Below are positions 59,923 to 64,000 of a stretch of DNA of 64,000 bases, piece after piece. The stretch's first letter is position 1, and the number at the start of each line of letters is the position of its first letter. Location of the stretch: NCBI GenBank assembly GCA_031972855.1, contig DALYDY010000001.1, forward strand, positions 26,765 to 90,764, read 5' to 3'. The notes beneath the pieces are model-generated. The model was not told the origin of the DNA and made no database searches. It saw nothing but the letters and a program-made list of their open reading frames with translations. This stretch comes from Minisyncoccota bacterium (GTDB taxonomy: Bacteria > Patescibacteriota > Minisyncoccia > Phycocordibacterales > UBA9973). A program made the translations under genes and the position numbers.

Positions 59923-60005
59923 CAAATTGCTGACTTTATACAAATAAAACAACATTTGCATTTTTTTATACATGTAGATATAATTACAAATACCAATCTA
60001 TATAA

Positions 60006-60076
60006 GCGGGATTGGTTTAGTGGTAGAATACGTCCTTGCCAAGGATGAGTCAAGAGTTCGATTCTCTTATCCCGCA
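60006..60076 (+). tRNA. tRNA-Gly (anticodon GCC), no encoded CCA
   Basis: Identical to the 58.4-kb tRNA-Gly outside the anticodon arm; anticodon loop TTGCCAA. Confidence 0.85.
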
Positions 60077-60090
60077 CAGATTAGGGTAAA

Positions 60091-61656
60091 ATGAAGTTTC
60101 ATATGAAACCAAACCCAATAAATAACAAAATAATACCAGAATATGTTACACATGTAACACAAACTCTCGAAAATAATGGCTTTGAGGCTTTTTTAGTGGG
60201 TGGATGTGTAAGAGATCTAATAATTGGTAGGGAAGTCAAGGATTGGGACCTGACAACAAACGCTAAGCCAGAAGATATAGTAGGTCTTTTTGAAAAGACT
60301 GTATACGAGAACACTTTTGGAACAGTTGCGGTTTGTATACCTAAAGTTACACATGAAACCGATTTATCAGAGAATACCAAAGAAGAAAGTGTTTCATATG
60401 TAACAAATACAGGTGTTTCACCTGAAACAAAGCAAAAATATAACATTATAGAGGTTACACCATACAGAAAAGAGGGTATTTATAAAGATTCTAGACATCC
60501 AGAAAGTGTTTCATTCAGTGAAAATATAGAAGACGATCTTAAAAGACGTGATTTTACAATGAATGCCATAGGGTATAGTGTCTCTAAAGGACAGTTTATT
60601 GACCTTTATAAAGGACATGAAGATATAAAGGACAAAGTTATTAGAGCGGTAGGAAATCCAGACGAGCGTTTCCAAGAAGACGCACTTCGAATGATTAGAG
60701 CGATTAGGTTTTCCACAGTTTTAAATTTTGCTATCGAAAGTGAAACATTGAGTGCTATTTATACAAACAGAGAATTGATTAAAAATATTTCACAAGAGCG
60801 TATTCGTGATGAATTTGTAAAAATAATAGAGAGTAAGAATCCTAGTATGGGAATAGTGTTACTTGAAAAGACGGGGCTACTAGAATATATTATTCCAGAA
60901 CTTCGTGAAGGAATCGGCTGTGAACAGGGTGGGGCACACAAATTCGCTGTATTCGAACATTTACTCGGAGCACTCGACCACTCAGCCCAAAAAGAATTTT
61001 CTACAGAAATACGTCTCGCAGCACTATTCCACGATATAGGTAAACCTAGAACACGTCGCCCAGGAATAAAGAAAGCTTACACATTCTACGGACATGAAGT
61101 AGTGGGAGCAAAGATGGTAAAGAAAATAATGGAAAGAATGAAATTTCCAAAAGATACAACAGACTTTGTGACAAACATGGTTCGTCGCCACATGTTCTTC
61201 TCAGATACAGAACAAATTACACTTTCTGCAGTGCGTCGTGTTATTGCAAATGTGGGAGTGGATCATATTTGGGAACTTATGGAAATAAGAGAGTGTGACA
61301 GAGTAGGGATGAGTAAAGTTGAAGCGCCATACAGACTTCGCAAATATCACGCAATGATTGAAGAATGTCTTCGTGATCCGATATCAGTATCCCAACTCGC
61401 TATCGACGGCTCATATATGATTAACGAGCTTAAAATGACTCCAGGACCACGCATGGGTTGGATTCTTCTATCTTTACTTGAGGAAGTGTTGGACGACCCT
61501 GCGAAGAATACAGTTGAAATATTAAAGGAAAGAATTCTTGATCTAAATGAACTCGATGATAAGACTCTCCAAACCCTCGGCGAGAAAGCTAAGAAGCAAA
61601 AAGAAGATCTTGATGAAAAGGAAGTAGGTGAATTACATAAGAAACATAGAGTATAA
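60091..61656 (+). CDS. cca: CCA-adding tRNA nucleotidyltransferase with HD domain
   Basis: 521 aa; PolyA_pol head (..FLVGGCVRDLIIGREVKDWDLTT..), probe-binding region, HD motif ..LFHDIGKP.. Confidence 0.85.
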   Translation: MKFHMKPNPINNKIIPEYVTHVTQTLENNGFEAFLVGGCVRDLIIGREVKDWDLTTNAKPEDIVGLFEKTVYENTFGTVAVCIPKVTHETDLSENTKEESVSYVTNTGVSPETKQKYNIIEVTPYRKEGIYKDSRHPESVSFSENIEDDLKRRDFTMNAIGYSVSKGQFIDLYKGHEDIKDKVIRAVGNPDERFQEDALRMIRAIRFSTVLNFAIESETLSAIYTNRELIKNISQERIRDEFVKIIESKNPSMGIVLLEKTGLLEYIIPELREGIGCEQGGAHKFAVFEHLLGALDHSAQKEFSTEIRLAALFHDIGKPRTRRPGIKKAYTFYGHEVVGAKMVKKIMERMKFPKDTTDFVTNMVRRHMFFSDTEQITLSAVRRVIANVGVDHIWELMEIRECDRVGMSKVEAPYRLRKYHAMIEECLRDPISVSQLAIDGSYMINELKMTPGPRMGWILLSLLEEVLDDPAKNTVEILKERILDLNELDDKTLQTLGEKAKKQKEDLDEKEVGELHKKHRV

Positions 61657-61692
61657 ATAGTAAAAACCACTCACATTTGTGAGTGGTTTTTA

Positions 61693-62007
61693 CTATTTCT
61701 GACCACTTTTATAATCAAAATCTTCAGTCTTATTAGCATTATCCCATTCTTCGGCAGTAAGGAGACTGTCTTTCATATACCAATCATTCTCCCTAAATTC
61801 TATCTTTTCTGGATAAAGCACATTATATTTATCAGCAACCTTTTTTCTTTCTTCTATATAAGATTCTTCTGATTCAAATTTTCCTAAATATAATTCTGAT
61901 TCTTTTGTAGAGGTTTTTTCTTGAATTCTTTGAGCCTCTTGTATGAAATCAAATTGTGCCTCTTGTTGAACACCATTATCGTTTCCAAGTTCTAGATTAT
62001 ATTGCAT
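61693..62007 (-). CDS. Acidic hypothetical protein
   Basis: 104 aa. Confidence 0.35.
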   Translation of the reverse strand: MQYNLELGNDNGVQQEAQFDFIQEAQRIQEKTSTKESELYLGKFESEESYIEERKKVADKYNVLYPEKIEFRENDWYMKDSLLTAEEWDNANKTEDFDYKSGQK

Positions 62008-62071
62008 ATATATAAAGTATACGCCACTTAAACAAAAAGAAAAGCCTCCTTTAAGGAGACTTTAGAATGAA

Positions 62072-63523
62072 CTATTTTTTGATTTTGATTTTTTTCAAAA
62101 CAACTAAATTCTCTTCAAACAAATCCGGCGTAGTGGCCAAAGCCTTTGCCATAGGATTCTTTTTTGAAATAAAGAAGAAATGTTCTGAAATTTTTCCAAT
62201 GATTTCAGCAGGGTTAACTTCAGAAACAGCAACAGGCTTTTGAGGAAACAAAAAATCCTTTTGTTCCGGTGTGAGCATTTCAATAAACACCCTAAATGAT
62301 TCACCTAATTCCGACAAATCAACTTTTTTTGCACCTGTTTCACTTTCTGTCCCTGTTAAAATCAAAGTCATTTTAGTATTTTCAGACTTAAAACGACAAG
62401 GAATATCATTTTTAATGAGTAACTCCAAAGATTTCTTAGCCTCTTCAGACCTTTCTTCTTTAGTGCCTTTCAAAAAAAAGACTTCAACATATTTTGAGGT
62501 TGCTGGTTTTGAAATCTTCACACAAAGTTTATCGTTTGCACTATCTGGTGTGTACTTCGGTAAATGAGATAAAATTTCATAAACCTGGGCGTTTATACCC
62601 TTTGCTCCTTTTCCTTGCATTTTTTTGATTGGTTTTGTTGTTGTTTGTTTTAATTTAATGTAGAAAGTATTGGGCTCAGCTTGATCCTGAACGGATTCAA
62701 TCTGATAAGTTTCTTTCAGGAATTGAAGTGATTTTTCAACACATTCAACTCTTACAGAAGAGGTAGGTACAAATCTTGTCGATAATTTCTTGTCACCGTT
62801 TACACGTCCAGAGGATTTCAGCTTTGAGCAAAGTCTATGATTACACTCCCATTCAACGAGTTTTAGAATTTCCTCGTTACTGAAAGAAAATTTTCTTTCA
62901 ACAGGTTTAAGGTTATCATCTCTTTCATACGGAACATCGTCTGGCAGTTCCAAAATGAAAATTAATTTGTTCTCGTTATTGTTTGGACGTTCGGGAGAAA
63001 ATCCTAAAGAACCAAAAAATTTCATAGCAAGCTTAGTTTCAAAATCGTTAAAATAATTAAAAACCATTTGATTAGATGTTGGTTTAGCGTTTTCAGAAAC
63101 ACCAATGATTTTTCTAATTTCATGAAGTTTTAAAATAACTTCTAAAGCTTGAACAACATTAAGCATGATACCGATGTCTGTTTTTATTGATTGAGGTAAA
63201 GCAACAGGTATCAAAACATGATCTTTAGATGGAGAAATATTTCTCAAACTTAAGATAATTTTTTTCTCACTGTCTTTGAAAGGTTTTACTTCGCTTGAGC
63301 TAAAAATGTTTTCAACTCTTGATTTGTTAATAATTGCATTTGAACCCTTCAGAGTGATGATGATTCCTGTGTAGTTATCGATATTCCTTTTTTCTGGATG
63401 GAGAATTTCATAATCCTTGCCTACTTCAAGTGAGCAACGATCGTGAATCATTTTCTCCACTGTGTGTCTTTTGCGCCAGTATATACTGACAACATCAGAC
63501 TCTGGTGATGTTTGTGCGGCCAT
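62072..63523 (-). CDS. Hypothetical protein (483 aa)
   Basis: Long ORF, no motif I recognise. Confidence 0.45.
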   Translation of the reverse strand: MAAQTSPESDVVSIYWRKRHTVEKMIHDRCSLEVGKDYEILHPEKRNIDNYTGIIITLKGSNAIINKSRVENIFSSSEVKPFKDSEKKIILSLRNISPSKDHVLIPVALPQSIKTDIGIMLNVVQALEVILKLHEIRKIIGVSENAKPTSNQMVFNYFNDFETKLAMKFFGSLGFSPERPNNNENKLIFILELPDDVPYERDDNLKPVERKFSFSNEEILKLVEWECNHRLCSKLKSSGRVNGDKKLSTRFVPTSSVRVECVEKSLQFLKETYQIESVQDQAEPNTFYIKLKQTTTKPIKKMQGKGAKGINAQVYEILSHLPKYTPDSANDKLCVKISKPATSKYVEVFFLKGTKEERSEEAKKSLELLIKNDIPCRFKSENTKMTLILTGTESETGAKKVDLSELGESFRVFIEMLTPEQKDFLFPQKPVAVSEVNPAEIIGKISEHFFFISKKNPMAKALATTPDLFEENLVVLKKIKIKK

Positions 63524-64000
63524 TTTTATAAGTTGTTTTGAGTTTGTTTTTTCAAAAATCGTTAATTTGAAGCATTGTATACTAAAAATACAATTTTGTC
63601 AATAGTCGCTCGGATATATATTCCAAAAGACACGTATATTTTTCTGCTGAAAAATTACTATTCTCGATAGATATCTGCGAAATGTCTTTTTGAATATATA
63701 TCCTCGCTTAGTAGTTAAATACAATAAAAAACAAATTCGCGCAGTCATTATCCGTAAGGCTTCAGAAAAGTAATATCCTCGCTTAATGGTTAAATGCAAA
63801 AATACAATTAAGTGAGATAAAAATCATGATTAATTGCTGAGTCGCTTGATTAGCTTGTCCCGTGAAATTGTATTCGCGAAGCATTTCACTGGGATTAAAT
63901 ACAAAAATCAAAAAAGGCCGGTTCCCAATGGAAACCAGCCTTTAATCTATGATAACAGAACTATGCGTCTACCCCTAGCGCATGTCTATTTTAAATAGTA

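Noticed and set aside
59808-60077. 89-aa minus-strand ORF (MRDKRIELL..ILPLNQSR..)
   Set aside because: It is the antisense translation of the tRNA-Arg/tRNA-Gly genes. The RDKRIELL...LPLNQSRL motif is the classic reverse-complement tRNA artefact. The same applies to the first 50 aa of ORF 57547..58455.
63689-63801. Possible CRISPR array
   Set aside because: Only two full imperfect copies of a 33-bp unit plus fragments, with irregular spacing and AT-rich repeats; no cas genes in the window
1-64000. Transposase, integrase or recombinase marking the rsr island or other insertions
   Set aside because: No ORF with DDE, tyrosine- or serine-recombinase motifs was recognised. The mobile-element hypothesis therefore rests only on repeats, GC shift and proximity to tRNA genes.

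Overview
Low-GC (about one-third G+C by eye), gene-dense bacterial window with short genes, weak or absent Shine-Dalgarno sequences and many lineage-specific hypotheticals. Together with a trigger factor lacking the PPIase domain and a split ComEC, this suggests a reduced-genome Patescibacteria/CPR-like organism; that placement is inference. On the minus strand, 1-11.3 kb is a broken-up S10/str ribosomal region: rplB-rplW-rplD-rplC-rpsJ-tuf, two paralogous hypotheticals, fusA, a 2OG-Fe(II) oxygenase, a 386-aa hypothetical, then rpsG-rpsL. Next come housekeeping genes (M50 protease, L28, MscL, split ComEC, Fe/Mn SOD, RNase HI, RecJ, HIT, pgk-tpiA). A type IV pilus/competence-pilus-like operon spans 27.4-38.3 kb, with pilB, pilC, three pseudopilins, a large PilX-like minor pilin, and several secreted Gly/Ser/Thr-rich proteins that include a tandem paralogous family. 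It is followed by nusA, ppa, trigger factor, clpP and RNase Y. The most unusual part is 49.1-55.3 kb. Here a GC-richer Ro60/Rsr orthologue (TROVE + vWA) is flanked on both sides by ORF-free, GC-rich structured segments that share a duplicated roughly 80-nt helix module, a plausible Y-RNA-like partner. The block is bracketed by a perfect 57-bp direct repeat. It sits among a string of tiny minus-strand genes that each carry the same conserved promoter-like box and their own hairpin terminator. Downstream are a TrmB-like regulator, HU, four tRNAs (Pro, Gly-TCC, Arg-TCG, Gly-GCC; only Pro encodes its CCA), a small eukaryotic-like kinase, YraN and a CCA-adding enzyme. No rRNA, CRISPR array, transposase or integrase was recognised.
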